The notes beneath the pieces are model-generated. The model did no database searches and had not been told where the DNA came from. It worked only from the letters and a program-made list of their open reading frames with translations. The position numbers and the translations under genes are program-made. A DNA stretch of 64,000 bases, taken from Capsulimonadaceae bacterium. Lineage in GTDB: Bacteria > Armatimonadota > Armatimonadia > Armatimonadales > Capsulimonadaceae. This document shows positions 48,857-58,893 of this stretch, one piece after another. The stretch's first letter is position 1. Every line of letters starts with the position of its first letter. The DNA lies in NCBI GenBank assembly GCA_965215505.1, contig OZ244065.1:3200001-3264000 (forward strand), read 5' to 3'.

Positions 48857-49690
48857 ATGCTGACACCCGAGCAGCGCGAGCAGTTTCTGGCCGAAGGCCA
48901 CATCGTCATCAAGGGCGCGTTCCCGCGCGAAGCCTCCCTACAATGGGTGCGCGAGGAGTGCGCGCGGGTCGGCTACGACGTGGACGACCCGCAGACCTGG
49001 CGCAAGGGGTATGAGCGGATGGACCTCGCCCGCCACGAGCCGCTGGCGAGCTACGCGCCCGCCGCGTGGTTGGCCTCGTGCGACCTGATGGGGGGCATAG
49101 ACCGGGTCAAGAACCGGCCCGCCATCTCGCTGTTCGCCATGAACTTCAAGCAGGGGGCCGACACCGCCTACCGGCCGCCGTCCGCCGGGTCGCCCGGCTG
49201 GCACAAGGACGGCTGGCATTTCCTGCACTTCCTGGACAGCCCGGAGCAGGGACTATTAGGCATCCCGCTGTTCACCGACGTTCTTCCGCAGGGCGGCGCG
49301 ACCTTCCTGGCCGTGGACTCCGTCCCGGTTGTCGCCCGCTACCTCGCCGCCCACCCTGAGGGCGTCGGCCCGGACGACTTCGACACCGCCTCCCTGCTGG
49401 CCGAGTGCCATGACTTCCGCGAGGCGACCGGCGAGGCGGGCGACGTGTACCTCCTGCACCCCTTCATGCTCCACGCCGTCGGCCAGAACGTCTTGCAGCG
49501 TCCCCGCGCCATCACGAACCTCTGCTACGAGTTGAACGCCCCGATGAACCTCAGCCGCCCGGACGGCGACTACTCCCCCGTCGAAGCCGCCGTCCTGCGC
49601 GGCCTGGGCGTAGACCACTACGACTTCCAGCCGACCAGGGAACGCTACCACACGCCCGACTACGGGCCGATGAACCAGGCGTATCGGTGA
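48857..49690 (+). CDS. Phytanoyl-CoA dioxygenase-like protein
   Basis: MLTPEQREQFLAEG, WHKDG, GEAGDVYLLHPFMLH. Confidence 0.8.
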   Translation: MLTPEQREQFLAEGHIVIKGAFPREASLQWVREECARVGYDVDDPQTWRKGYERMDLARHEPLASYAPAAWLASCDLMGGIDRVKNRPAISLFAMNFKQGADTAYRPPSAGSPGWHKDGWHFLHFLDSPEQGLLGIPLFTDVLPQGGATFLAVDSVPVVARYLAAHPEGVGPDDFDTASLLAECHDFREATGEAGDVYLLHPFMLHAVGQNVLQRPRAITNLCYELNAPMNLSRPDGDYSPVEAAVLRGLGVDHYDFQPTRERYHTPDYGPMNQAYR

Positions 49691-49712
49691 GGGTCGCCCT
49701 CGGGCCAAACGG

Positions 49713-49746
49713 AAGCCGGGCATGGCTGTACAGCCATGCCCGGCTT
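49713..49746. terminator. Perfect 34-bp palindrome between convergent genes
   Basis: AAGCCGGGCATGGCTG-TA-CAGCCATGCCCGGCTT. Confidence 0.65.
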
Positions 49747-49768
49747 TTAGTTCGTGCCGAAGCATCTG

Positions 49769-50218
49769 CTAAGGAGTAGAACGACGCGGCCTCTTCAGAG
49801 TCAAGACCACATAGCCGTACTCCTGGCCTTCAACACCAGATGGGGCGCGGTGTTCGATGTCCTCCTCACGACCGAGTTTGCTGGTCCAAGCGCCTGTGAC
49901 AAGCTGCCTCGCGGCCTGGGTAGGCGATCCGTCCTCATCGGCGTACACGGCGATCTTCTCGACATCGGGTTCCAGGTCTACGTCGCCGCACGGCTCGGAG
50001 CCCAGCGTCCGGAATGCCTCGATGAACCTTTGCAGCGTGTTCCCGCGGGGGATGCTCGGCGGCCAGTAGGCGAAGGGGCTGGGGTCGGGCCACCACCATC
50101 TTCGGGTATCACCCGCCGCCCATGCGATGCAGTTATAGCGGGGCGTCTGTGGGCTGGTGACACTGTAACCCGTGAGGGCGAGTTCAGGGAAGCAGTCTTC
50201 CATGTCGGAAGACGTCAT
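49769..50218 (-). CDS. Conserved hypothetical protein with papain-like motifs (DUF7689-like)
   Basis: YNCIAWA, KIAVYA, TQAARQ, WTSKLG. Confidence 0.7.
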   Translation of the reverse strand: MTSSDMEDCFPELALTGYSVTSPQTPRYNCIAWAAGDTRRWWWPDPSPFAYWPPSIPRGNTLQRFIEAFRTLGSEPCGDVDLEPDVEKIAVYADEDGSPTQAARQLVTGAWTSKLGREEDIEHRAPSGVEGQEYGYVVLTLKRPRRSTP

Positions 50219-50569
50219 CTAAAGGTAGCCATGTGCGCCGCCCCAAGATAGCCAATCGTCGGCCATTTCCTCTAAGTCACCGGCGTGGTCCTCGGGCACC
50301 GGATTCTCCCCCGTGATCGCCCCGAGCGCCCAGAACCAGTGGTCCGGCTCGCGGCGCAGCTCCTGAAAGATCAGCGGCAAGGCGGGTTCCCCCAGACCGA
50401 TGATCTGCCGATACGCCGGGTGCATGGCGATGGCGGTAACGGAAGGTCGCAGGGCTGTCTCCCGACGCCACCGGGCCGACAACTCCTGGAACTTCCGCCC
50501 CAAGGCGTCGGCCTCCTGGGTGTGCAGCGCGGACGAAACTTTTTCGGGGGCGGTAAGCGGAGCGGCCAT
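50219..50569 (-). CDS. Small helical protein coupled to the downstream gene
   Basis: MHPAYRQIIGLG...PDHWFWALGAITGENPV; stop abuts the next start. Confidence 0.7.
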   Translation of the reverse strand: MAAPLTAPEKVSSALHTQEADALGRKFQELSARWRRETALRPSVTAIAMHPAYRQIIGLGEPALPLIFQELRREPDHWFWALGAITGENPVPEDHAGDLEEMADDWLSWGGAHGYL

Positions 50570-50653
50570 GAGTTTATCTCTTCTGAACGGGCGCGGCGGC
50601 CCGCGCTGTCTTTGCTGTAACGGACTTTGCTGCACTCATTCTACCCGAACGCG

Positions 50654-50696
50654 AAAAGAAAAGCCCCGGCCTCCATGTGAGGTCGGGGCTTCTTTC
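50654..50696 (-). terminator. Intrinsic terminator after the PEP-CTERM gene
   Basis: AAGCCCCGGCCTC...GAGGTCGGGGCTT flanked by A/T runs. Confidence 0.7.
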
Positions 50697-50714
50697 GTTG
50701 TGCTGCCGCTGAAC

Positions 50715-51452
50715 TCAGCGCGCCGCGCCCGCCTTGCGTCGGCGGCTGATGGCGATGCCGCCCAGGCCCAGCAGGAGCAGCAGGCCCAGCGAAACGAAGG
50801 AGGAGGCTTCCGGGACGGGAGCGTTGAAGGTGGCACTAAAACCGGTGCTGTCATCATAAAAATTGCCGTTCGTGCCATAGCCGACCGCGAAATCCACGAT
50901 GTCCCCTTGCTTCAAGTTCAAGACGCTTGAAAAGGAAGGAGCACTGGTGGGAGCGTTGTAGGTGCCCGTCACCAGACCGCTGAACAGAGAAATGCCGTTG
51001 TCGAGGATATGAACGTCGGTCGTCGTGCCATCGGTCGTCACCGGAGTGAAGCCAACATTCAGGGTGTAAAGGCTGGCCGTCGGTGCCGTAAAGCGGACGA
51101 TGCTGAATTCGTCATTGGGACCGGGGTGAAACATCAATTGCCCCGGCTGGAGAACAATGTCGCGAAAATTATCCTGAGCGTTACTGAAGTTCTTCTGCAC
51201 GACAGGGACATCCAGCGAGATGTTTTGGTTCCAGCCTTTAGTGTTAGTCGTGGCTGTATACTGGTTGGTATAAAGGTTGAGCGTCGCGCCGAGGGTTGTT
51301 TCATACCCATAGCCCCAAACGCCGTTCGGGTTGTTCGTGGCGGAAAAGTCCTGGGCCGCGTTGAAGGCTTGAGCGGACGCGGAGCGCGGCGCAGAAAACC
51401 CGCCGACCGCGAGGAGTGCCAGCGCGAGGCCAGCAAAAGACTTAAACTGCAT
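50715..51452 (-). CDS. PEP-CTERM sorted surface protein
   Basis: Signal peptide, VPEASS-TM-RRRK; lower GC. Confidence 0.85.
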   Translation of the reverse strand: MQFKSFAGLALALLAVGGFSAPRSASAQAFNAAQDFSATNNPNGVWGYGYETTLGATLNLYTNQYTATTNTKGWNQNISLDVPVVQKNFSNAQDNFRDIVLQPGQLMFHPGPNDEFSIVRFTAPTASLYTLNVGFTPVTTDGTTTDVHILDNGISLFSGLVTGTYNAPTSAPSFSSVLNLKQGDIVDFAVGYGTNGNFYDDSTGFSATFNAPVPEASSFVSLGLLLLLGLGGIAISRRRKAGAAR

Positions 51453-51657
51453 TGGGGTGTACCCTTTCGTGAAGTCGCGGCATGAGAACGATGGGAACGA
51501 CTCGGGACAGCAGGGTGGTCGGGTACAGCACGGTAGAACACGGCGAGGAAGTGCAATGCCGGTGGCAAAAGGACGCCGCAAGAAAAGTGTATCACTTTTC
51601 TTGCATGGATGTCAAGCAGTCGTCAAGATACTTCGAGCAGCGGTGCGGGCAGGGTCG

Positions 51658-51725
51658 GCTAACTGGCCACCGGGACCGGCCTCCCCAGCACACGGGAGAC
51701 GCCGGGCTGGGTCATGGTGACGCCG
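51658..51725 (-). repeat. Diverged duplicate of the smc 3' end
   Basis: Encodes GVTMTQPGVSRVLGRPVPVAS* versus smc GVTMTQPGVSRVLGMQVPAAS* (52636-52703). Confidence 0.9.
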
Positions 51726-51814
51726 CAGGACGGAGGCTTGACACTGCCGATTGAGAGTCAGTATACTCTCGGTGACAGTACCCACATAACTCTAGAGGTG
51801 GGAGAGGTTTAGCG

Positions 51815-52207
51815 ATGCCTTCAGTTGTAGCGCCGGAAGACATTCGATCTGATGCGGATGCATTCATGGAAGGGCCGAGTGTCTTTCTTGACCCCTCGGC
51901 ACTCAGCCTCCTGCCGGGTGACGTGACCGTCCTGACGCAGTTTGTTCAGTTCGTCCGCCGGGATGTTCTGCACGAGCAGATTCCGGCCAGTAGAATCGAG
52001 ATACGCGGTTCGGTTGACCCCGAAGACGATACCAGCCAGATCGTCGTCCGAGTATGGATACGCGGGCTGGCCGACGGCGAAGTCCGGCGTTATCACTATG
52101 ACCTTGGGGAGCGCGTGGATAATTGGACCGCGCACCTCCCGGAAGCACAAAGGCTGCACTTCATCTCGCGCATCAGCTTCCAGGCCCGACGGGAGACCAA
52201 TGCCTGA
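51815..52207 (+). CDS. Hypothetical protein, putative partner of the HEPN protein
   Basis: TTGACA-N18-TATACT promoter (51738-51767); overlaps the HEPN start. Confidence 0.65.
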   Translation: MPSVVAPEDIRSDADAFMEGPSVFLDPSALSLLPGDVTVLTQFVQFVRRDVLHEQIPASRIEIRGSVDPEDDTSQIVVRVWIRGLADGEVRRYHYDLGERVDNWTAHLPEAQRLHFISRISFQARRETNA

Positions 52208-52571
52208 ACAATTCCGCCCGGCGCAGTTCATGGAAGTCGCCCGGCTTCTGGCACTCGCGCCCACGGATGAGCCGAAGCTGCGGGCAGCCGTGAGCCGCGC
52301 CTACTATGCGATCTTCTTGATGATTCGTGACAAAGCGAACATCACCGGCAAAGAGGGCGTACATGAGCGCGCGAAGATCGCCGCAGCCTCCCGGAGTTCG
52401 GCGGCGGGCGGCACATTCCAGACGTTGCGGGAATTGCGTACCCATGCGGATTATGTTCTCAGGCCGGGGGACCCAGGCTATGACGCTGCCTACGACGACT
52501 GGGAAGACAACTGGAAGAACGCGGAGTGGTGCTACGACTCCCTGCTGAGGTTTATCAGTCAGTGGCAGTGA
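52200..52571 (+). CDS. HEPN domain protein
   Basis: RAAVSRAYYAIF and LRELRTHADY; terminator hairpin at 52592-52615. Confidence 0.8.
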   Translation: MPEQFRPAQFMEVARLLALAPTDEPKLRAAVSRAYYAIFLMIRDKANITGKEGVHERAKIAAASRSSAAGGTFQTLRELRTHADYVLRPGDPGYDAAYDDWEDNWKNAEWCYDSLLRFISQWQ

Positions 52572-52636
52572 CGAGGCCGAACGGGGAACACAGCCGCTTG
52601 AATAGCGGCTTTTTTCATGCCGCACATAAACCCCAG

Positions 52637-55600
52637 CTAGCTCGCCGCCGGGACCTGCATCCCCAGCACGCGGGAGACGCCGGGCTGGGTCATGGTGACG
52701 CCGTACCAGACCGGGGCGGCTTCCATTGTCGTGGGATTGTGGGTAATGACGATCATCTGCGACCGCTGGCCGAAGTCGCGCAGGAGGTCGGCGAAGCGCT
52801 CGACGTTCGCGCCGTCGAGGGGGGCGTCTACCTCGTCCAGCACGCAGAAGGGGCTGGGCTTGACATAGAGGAAGGCGAACAGCAAGGCGGCGGCGGTCAG
52901 GGCGCGCTCGCCGCCGGACAGCAGGGCGAGCGGCTGGCGCTTCTTGCCGGGGACCTGGACGACGATGTCCACGCCGGTTTCCAGGATGTCGTCGGGGGCG
53001 GTCAGGACAAGCTCGGTCTTGCCGCCGCCGAACAGGCGGGTGAAGACGGTTTCAAAGGCGGCGGCGACGGCCTGGAATGTCTCCAAAAAGACGCCGCGCG
53101 TGCCCGCATCTATCTCCTGGATGGCGGCCAGCAGCTTGGCCCGCGCTTCCTCCAGGTCGGCGGCCTGGGTCAAGAGGAACTCGTGCCGCGCGCTCACCTC
53201 GGCGTACTCCTCGATGGCGGCGGGGTTGACGTCCCCCAGGGCGCGCAGGTCGCGGCGCAGGCGGGCGACCTCCTGCGGCATCCCGTCGGCCACTTCGGGG
53301 TCTTCGGTAAGCGCCAGAGCGGCTTCGAGCGAAATCTCGTATTCTTCCCACAGCCGCGTCGCCAGGGTATCCCGCTGGACCTGCAAACGCGCCTCGCGGA
53401 CCTCGTTCTTGTGGACGGCGTCCAGGGCGGCGGCCCGCGCTTCGCCCAGGGAGCGCATGAGGGCATTGGCGTCATAGGACTCTTGCAGGAGTTTTTGACG
53501 GGCCGCCGCCTGCGCTTCTAATGCGGCCTGGGCGTCGTCGCGCGCCGCGCGGGCGCGGGCCACTTCACCCTCACGCGCCTCGGCCTGGGCGACCAGTGCC
53601 TCTAACTCTTCCCCGGCCGTCACCGCCTGCCGCGCCCGGCGCTCCTCCTGGGCGAGCAAGGCGTCGGCCTCCCCGCGCGCGTTGCGGCCCGCCCGGTCCA
53701 GGCTGCCGGTCCGCTCGGCCACGGTGGCAAGCTGGATACGCACCGTCGTCAGGTCCGACTGCAAGCCGTCGCGCTCCACGGTCAAGAGGGCAAGCTGCTC
53801 CGCCTCGGCGGCCTGCGTTTCGTCGGCACCCGCCGTCTCGACGCCGCCGGAGGCCAGGGCCAGGACCGTTTTCGCGGCGTGTTCGCGCGCCTGAGCCAGT
53901 GTCGCCTGGGCGTTCTCGATCCGGCGGACGCCCGCCGCCCGCGCCTCATCCGCCCGCCGTGCCTCGCCCGCCGCCCGCTCCGCACGGCGTTCGACGTCGG
54001 TCCTGGCGGCTTGTGCGGACTGCTTCGCGGCCTGCGCCTCGGACAAGGCCCGCTCCGCCGCCTCGCGCGAGGCTTCGGCGTCTTTGAGTTCGTTCTGACA
54101 CTTTTCGAGTTCGCGCTGCCTTGCCACGATCTCGGTCTGGCCCGCCGCGATCTCCGTCTTGCGGCCCAGGATGTTTGCCGTGCGCCCGCTCTGACGCCCG
54201 CCGGTGAGCGCGCCCGAGGGCAGGACCAGCTCGCCGGTCCGGGTCACGACCCGGTTCCAGCCCCGCGCGACCGTCGAGGCGCGCAGGGCGTCGTCCAGGG
54301 TTTCGCAGACGAAGACGCGGCCCAACAGGACCTCCAAAGCGGGCCGGAACTTTGGGTCGAACGTGATGATGTCGAGCGCGGCCCCCAGCACCCCGGTCAG
54401 TCCCATGGCCCGGCCCATGTCGAGCGTGTCCCGGCCCGGACGCATCCGGTTCAGGGGCAGGAAGGTCGCTCGGCCCGCCCGATGCTCGTGCAAATAGGCG
54501 ATGGCGGCCTTGGCGGCATCCTCGGTGTCGGTGATGATGTCCTGGAGGCTGGCGGCCAGGGCGGTTTCAAACGCCGTCTCGTACCCCGCCGGGGTCTGGA
54601 ACGAGTCCGCGACGACGGTGAAGTCGCCGCCCAGCCCGCCGTGCTTTTTGGCTTCGAAGACCGCCTTGACGCCCGCGAAATAGCCCTCCTGCGCGGCCTC
54701 TAGCTCTTGCAGGGTCCGCAGCCGCGTAGATAGGGCGACGGAGGCCGATTGGGCGGCGTTGGCCCGCGCGCCGACGGCCCCCACCGCCTGCCGGGCGGCG
54801 TCCCGCTTGCCTAAAGCATCGGTCAATGCCGTTTCTGCCGCCCCGAGCGCCGACTTCGCTGCTTCGACGGCCGCCCGCGCCGCCGTCGCCTCTTGCTGGA
54901 GGTCGCCCGCGCCCGCTTCCGCCCGTGCGGCCTCATCGCGCAGGGCGGGCAGGCCGGCTTCCAGCTCCGCGACACGCGCACCGGCCCGTGCGGCGTCGGC
55001 CTCGCGCGATGCCTGCTGGCGGGCCAATGTCAGGCTTTCGGCCCGACGCCGCTCCGCCTGACGGGTCAGGGCGGCGATCTTCTCGGCCAGCGCCTGCACG
55101 GCCGCCTGCCGCTCGGCGGCCTGACGACGCAGGGCGATCTCCTCCGCCCGCGCCTCCCCTAACTCCGCTTCCAGGTCGGCCACCTGACTGACCAGGCGCG
55201 CGCGCCGCTCGGCAAGTTCCTCGCGCTCCTGGGCGGTCTGACGCAGGGATTGGGCCAGGCCTTCGGCCCGCTGGGCGGCCAGGGCGCGGGCGCTCTCGGC
55301 CCGCTCCGCCGTCCCGGACGCCGCCTGAGCCGCCCGCCGCCCTTCTTCCAACTGTGCCTCGGCCTCGGCGAAGCGGGCGGCGATGTCCTGCGCCCTTGCT
55401 TCGGCCTCGCTGAGATCGGCGGAGTGTTCGGCGGCCCGCGCCTGGTCCCGCTCGCGGACAGTCCGCGCCGCCGTCATCTCGGCCTCGGCGAAGCGCAGGT
55501 CTACCAGAAGCAAACTGCTCTCGATAGCCCGCAGCCGGTCCTTCAGGGCGGCATACCGCTCCGCCCGCTCGGCCTGACGGCGCAGCGGCTCGACCCGCCC

Positions 55601-57874
55601 GAGGATCTCGCTCTGGATGTCCCGGACGCGGTTGAGGTTAAGCTCGGTCGCCTCCAACTTCCGCAGGGCCTCACGCTTCTTGACGCGGTACTTCTTGATG
55701 CCTGCCGCCTCTTCGAACAGCCCGCGCCGGTCCTCGGCGTTCGCGGACAGCACGGCATCGATCTGCCCCTGGTTGACCAGCGAGTACGACTCGCGTCCGA
55801 CGCCGGTGTCTAAAAACAGCTCATAGATGTCTTTAAGCCGGCAGGGGACTTTGTTCAGGAAATACTCGCCCTCGCCGGTCCGGTAGGCCCGGCGGGTGAT
55901 CGTCACCTCGCCGAACTCGACCGGCAGGCCGCCGTCGGAGTTGTCCACGGTCAGGGACACCTCGGCCATGCCCATCGCCCGACGGCCCTCGCTGCCCGCG
56001 AAGATGACGTCGGCGGCCTTGGTCCCGCGCAGGGCCGACGCCTTCTGCTCGCCCAGTACCCACAGGATTCCATCGCCTATGTTGCTGTTGTGGACGATGA
56101 TGTCGTTCGCGACGAAGTTGTGGGTCCCGGCGACGCTCAGGTCATAGACCCACTCATCGGGCGGCTCCATCTGCCCGATGCTGACGACTTCATCCCAATA
56201 GATGTCGGAGCCGGCCAGCGCCGTGAGCTGCTTCAGCGTCTCCCGCGCCTGCGGGGCGGTGGTCCCGTGACGTTTGATCGCCGCGACGCACTCCCTGATG
56301 CCTAAGCGGCTTGCCTCGCAGCGCCCCTCGGCATAGGCCGCCATCTTCGGGTAAAGGCGGCGCAAGGGTTTCAACTTGAAACCGGCCTGCCGTATGCACT
56401 CCCGGATGAGCGGCGTGGCGGTGGGAATGATGTCGTGGTTAGGATTGCCGGTGACCGTCAGCGCGCGGAGCGCCAGCAGTCTCGTCTGCTTCTCCCCAAC
56501 GAAGTGGAGGTGGCTTGCGGCTGTCTTGAGCTGCTCCGCTCCGTAGATCATCACCGAAAAGTATTGCCGCTGCCGCTTCTCTAAGGTGTTCGTCGCGCAC
56601 TTCATCTTCGGGCGGAGCGTCGCGAAGATGCCCAGGCGCAGCAGAAGTGAGATCGTCTGCTCGGCCAACCGGCGGCTGGCGGTCACATACTCGATGTAGT
56701 TGACCTCCTTCTTCACCCCGGCGGCGGGATGCACACAGAGGTAAGCATCCCCTTCAAACATGCCGGAAAGGAACGCCCACTGCACCAAGGGCGGGCCGGC
56801 AAACACCTGCGGCGGGATGCACTTGTCCGCCGAACCCGCGTCCACACGGAAGCCGAACATCTGGTGCAGCACATGGCCCAGCGTTTTGGAAAAGAGGAGG
56901 CTGTCTACGGCATACGGCTTGTAGTTCTTGGCGCAGGCCACAAGCCCGAACAGGTCGGAGGCCAGGCGCGCGTAATCCGCATTGATGAGGGGGTCGGAGT
57001 TCACGAACCAGACCAAGCCATTGCCGTTGTTCCGGCCCTCGGCGATCAGCAGGCCGAGGAAACGTGCCAGTTCCGGGGTCATCGCCGGCGGCAGCCGAAA
57101 CGTCGCCGCGCCCCGAGATTTTAGCATCCCGTCAAAAGGGACCGGCAAGGATGCAGCCCCCGCCAGGCTCGTGAGTACGGCCGTATCGACGCCCTGCGCG
57201 TTGAGCGGGCTGCTGAACTGCGTGCTGGGGACTTCCGCCGCGCGCCGCCAGGCCGCCCAAGACCCGAACCGGGCGTACCCCCGGTCCGCCCAGGAGCGGA
57301 GCGCGGCGGACGGCGGGACGTAGATGTGGGAACCGGCGGCGAAAAGTGGGACAGGATTGGCCAGGGCAGGGAAGTCGTCGCCGGATTGGACCGGCAGGCG
57401 GCGCGGCAGAGCGACGCGCAGGCCCGGCGTCAGTTCGGCTGCCGTGAGCGCCTTCAAGCGCCCCTCGGAGAGCGTGAAGAACGGGTGGTAGGGCGTCGCG
57501 GTCACTTCCCGCCCTGAGCGGGTGCGTACGCGCAGGAGATGGTCGGGTGCCTGCCGCTTGATGAACCCAGCGACCGGCCGTGGTTCCAGGCGCAGCGTCC
57601 GGGGATTCAGCGAGAGGATGCGGATGGAGTCCGGATTCTCGCGCGTGAGCCACCCGTCATCCAGCGTCTTGGCGGCCGGGGCGGCGAGCGCCCTATCTAC
57701 CAGCTCCCTGATCGGCACGTCGCGCCCGTCGGCGAGTGTGACGCGCGTGTCGCCCGTGACGCACTTGCCCGAGCCATTTGGGCCAACAATGGCGGTGACG
57801 CCGTCGGCGAACTCGACTTCCGTTTTGTCGGCAAAGGTCTTGAACCCGTGCAGTTGCAGTTTCTTCAGGCGCAT
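52637..57874 (-). CDS. smc: Chromosome segregation protein SMC (intein-containing)
   Basis: GFKTF, GPNGSGK/SN, hinge GRATFLPL...GALTGG, LSGGE, VLDEVDAPLD. Confidence 0.96.
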   Translation of the reverse strand: MRLKKLQLHGFKTFADKTEVEFADGVTAIVGPNGSGKCVTGDTRVTLADGRDVPIRELVDRALAAPAAKTLDDGWLTRENPDSIRILSLNPRTLRLEPRPVAGFIKRQAPDHLLRVRTRSGREVTATPYHPFFTLSEGRLKALTAAELTPGLRVALPRRLPVQSGDDFPALANPVPLFAAGSHIYVPPSAALRSWADRGYARFGSWAAWRRAAEVPSTQFSSPLNAQGVDTAVLTSLAGAASLPVPFDGMLKSRGAATFRLPPAMTPELARFLGLLIAEGRNNGNGLVWFVNSDPLINADYARLASDLFGLVACAKNYKPYAVDSLLFSKTLGHVLHQMFGFRVDAGSADKCIPPQVFAGPPLVQWAFLSGMFEGDAYLCVHPAAGVKKEVNYIEYVTASRRLAEQTISLLLRLGIFATLRPKMKCATNTLEKRQRQYFSVMIYGAEQLKTAASHLHFVGEKQTRLLALRALTVTGNPNHDIIPTATPLIRECIRQAGFKLKPLRRLYPKMAAYAEGRCEASRLGIRECVAAIKRHGTTAPQARETLKQLTALAGSDIYWDEVVSIGQMEPPDEWVYDLSVAGTHNFVANDIIVHNSNIGDGILWVLGEQKASALRGTKAADVIFAGSEGRRAMGMAEVSLTVDNSDGGLPVEFGEVTITRRAYRTGEGEYFLNKVPCRLKDIYELFLDTGVGRESYSLVNQGQIDAVLSANAEDRRGLFEEAAGIKKYRVKKREALRKLEATELNLNRVRDIQSEILGRVEPLRRQAERAERYAALKDRLRAIESSLLLVDLRFAEAEMTAARTVRERDQARAAEHSADLSEAEARAQDIAARFAEAEAQLEEGRRAAQAASGTAERAESARALAAQRAEGLAQSLRQTAQEREELAERRARLVSQVADLEAELGEARAEEIALRRQAAERQAAVQALAEKIAALTRQAERRRAESLTLARQQASREADAARAGARVAELEAGLPALRDEAARAEAGAGDLQQEATAARAAVEAAKSALGAAETALTDALGKRDAARQAVGAVGARANAAQSASVALSTRLRTLQELEAAQEGYFAGVKAVFEAKKHGGLGGDFTVVADSFQTPAGYETAFETALAASLQDIITDTEDAAKAAIAYLHEHRAGRATFLPLNRMRPGRDTLDMGRAMGLTGVLGAALDIITFDPKFRPALEVLLGRVFVCETLDDALRASTVARGWNRVVTRTGELVLPSGALTGGRQSGRTANILGRKTEIAAGQTEIVARQRELEKCQNELKDAEASREAAERALSEAQAAKQSAQAARTDVERRAERAAGEARRADEARAAGVRRIENAQATLAQAREHAAKTVLALASGGVETAGADETQAAEAEQLALLTVERDGLQSDLTTVRIQLATVAERTGSLDRAGRNARGEADALLAQEERRARQAVTAGEELEALVAQAEAREGEVARARAARDDAQAALEAQAAARQKLLQESYDANALMRSLGEARAAALDAVHKNEVREARLQVQRDTLATRLWEEYEISLEAALALTEDPEVADGMPQEVARLRRDLRALGDVNPAAIEEYAEVSARHEFLLTQAADLEEARAKLLAAIQEIDAGTRGVFLETFQAVAAAFETVFTRLFGGGKTELVLTAPDDILETGVDIVVQVPGKKRQPLALLSGGERALTAAALLFAFLYVKPSPFCVLDEVDAPLDGANVERFADLLRDFGQRSQMIVITHNPTTMEAAPVWYGVTMTQPGVSRVLGMQVPAAS
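56087..57763 (-). mobile_element. Intein (559 aa) with LAGLIDADG homing endonuclease
   Basis: CVTGDT start, TPYHPF block B, LGLLIAEG and FLSGMFEGDA, VYDLSVAGTHNFVANDIIVHN followed by Ser+1. Confidence 0.95.
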
Positions 57875-58010
57875 CCGTACTCTGAGTATAGCCGATTGGG
57901 GAGTCCGTTGTCAAAAGGAGGAGGGGGAGCAGGGGGCGAGCGGCCTTCAGCCATACGTCCGGTGGCTCAGGCGGCCTCCGTACATAGCCTCAAGAACTCC
58001 GTTTTCCCCC

Positions 58011-58667
58011 TCATCCGGCCAGCCGCCAATCGGCGCGGTCGCGGGTGCGCGCGACGATCTCAGCGTTGAGGCGGTCGTTGGCCGCCACCCGCGCCTCGGC
58101 CTCCTCTCGGGTCAGGCCCCAGGCGAACATGTGCCGCGTGGTCAGCCGCTCCATCGCGACTTCCATGGGCGTGTCCAAATACCAGCGCTCATCCCAGAGC
58201 GGGCCGAGTTCTCCCCAGCCGTCTTCCGTGTGCAGCAGGTACAGCCCTTCCACGAGGACCAGGCGCGTCGCGGGCGCGACGGTCTCGGCGTCCTCCACGG
58301 GGTCGCCGATCTCGTGCTGGAAGCCGGGCCAGCCGACCGCCGCCCGCCCCGCCGCGTTCTTCAACTCGCGCAGGCGGGACACGAGGGCGGGCGCGTCGAA
58401 GGTCCACGGGGCACCGCGCCGGGCGAACGCGGCCTCCGGGTCCGGCATCGCCCGCAGTTCGGCTTTCGTCAGATGGAACCCGTCCATCCCCAGCGCAGCC
58501 ATCGTCCCCGGCCCTTGGGCATCGTTCACTTCGGCGGCCAGCCGCGCGGCCAATGTACTCTTGCCCGAGCCGGGCAGGCCCGCCAGGGCGATGAGGGCGC
58601 GCGGGGTGCCTTGGGCGAGCCGCGCCAGGAGGGTTTGCAGGGGGTCATCTCGGAGGGGTACGGTCAA
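58011..58667 (-). CDS. P-loop kinase, uridine/pantothenate kinase-like (YggC type)
   Basis: GLPGSGKST, MDGFH, RRGAPWTFD, EGLYLL. Confidence 0.85.
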   Translation of the reverse strand: MTVPLRDDPLQTLLARLAQGTPRALIALAGLPGSGKSTLAARLAAEVNDAQGPGTMAALGMDGFHLTKAELRAMPDPEAAFARRGAPWTFDAPALVSRLRELKNAAGRAAVGWPGFQHEIGDPVEDAETVAPATRLVLVEGLYLLHTEDGWGELGPLWDERWYLDTPMEVAMERLTTRHMFAWGLTREEAEARVAANDRLNAEIVARTRDRADWRLAG

Positions 58668-58783
58668 CAGAAAACTCCTGTCTGCTCAAAATCCGGTGTG
58701 CGTGGCAAGCAAAGGCACCTACAGAGGGAGTAAGCCTTATATCCTACTCATGGATTTGCCGCCCCAGGGTCATTCAGTTTTCC

Positions 58784-58893
58784 AGCGGTTAAGACCGCAG
58801 CAACAAGTCCACAAAGTCTGCCTTCGCAGACTAATATCTATTCGGAAACTGGGAAGGCAGGTTTTGTGCCTTCGTTGCCGCGACTTTAGCCGC
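58784..58893. repeat. REP-like doublet of another family
   Basis: GCGGTTAAGACCGC...AGTCTGCCTTCGCAGACT ... GCCGCGACTTTAGCCGCC. Confidence 0.5.
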
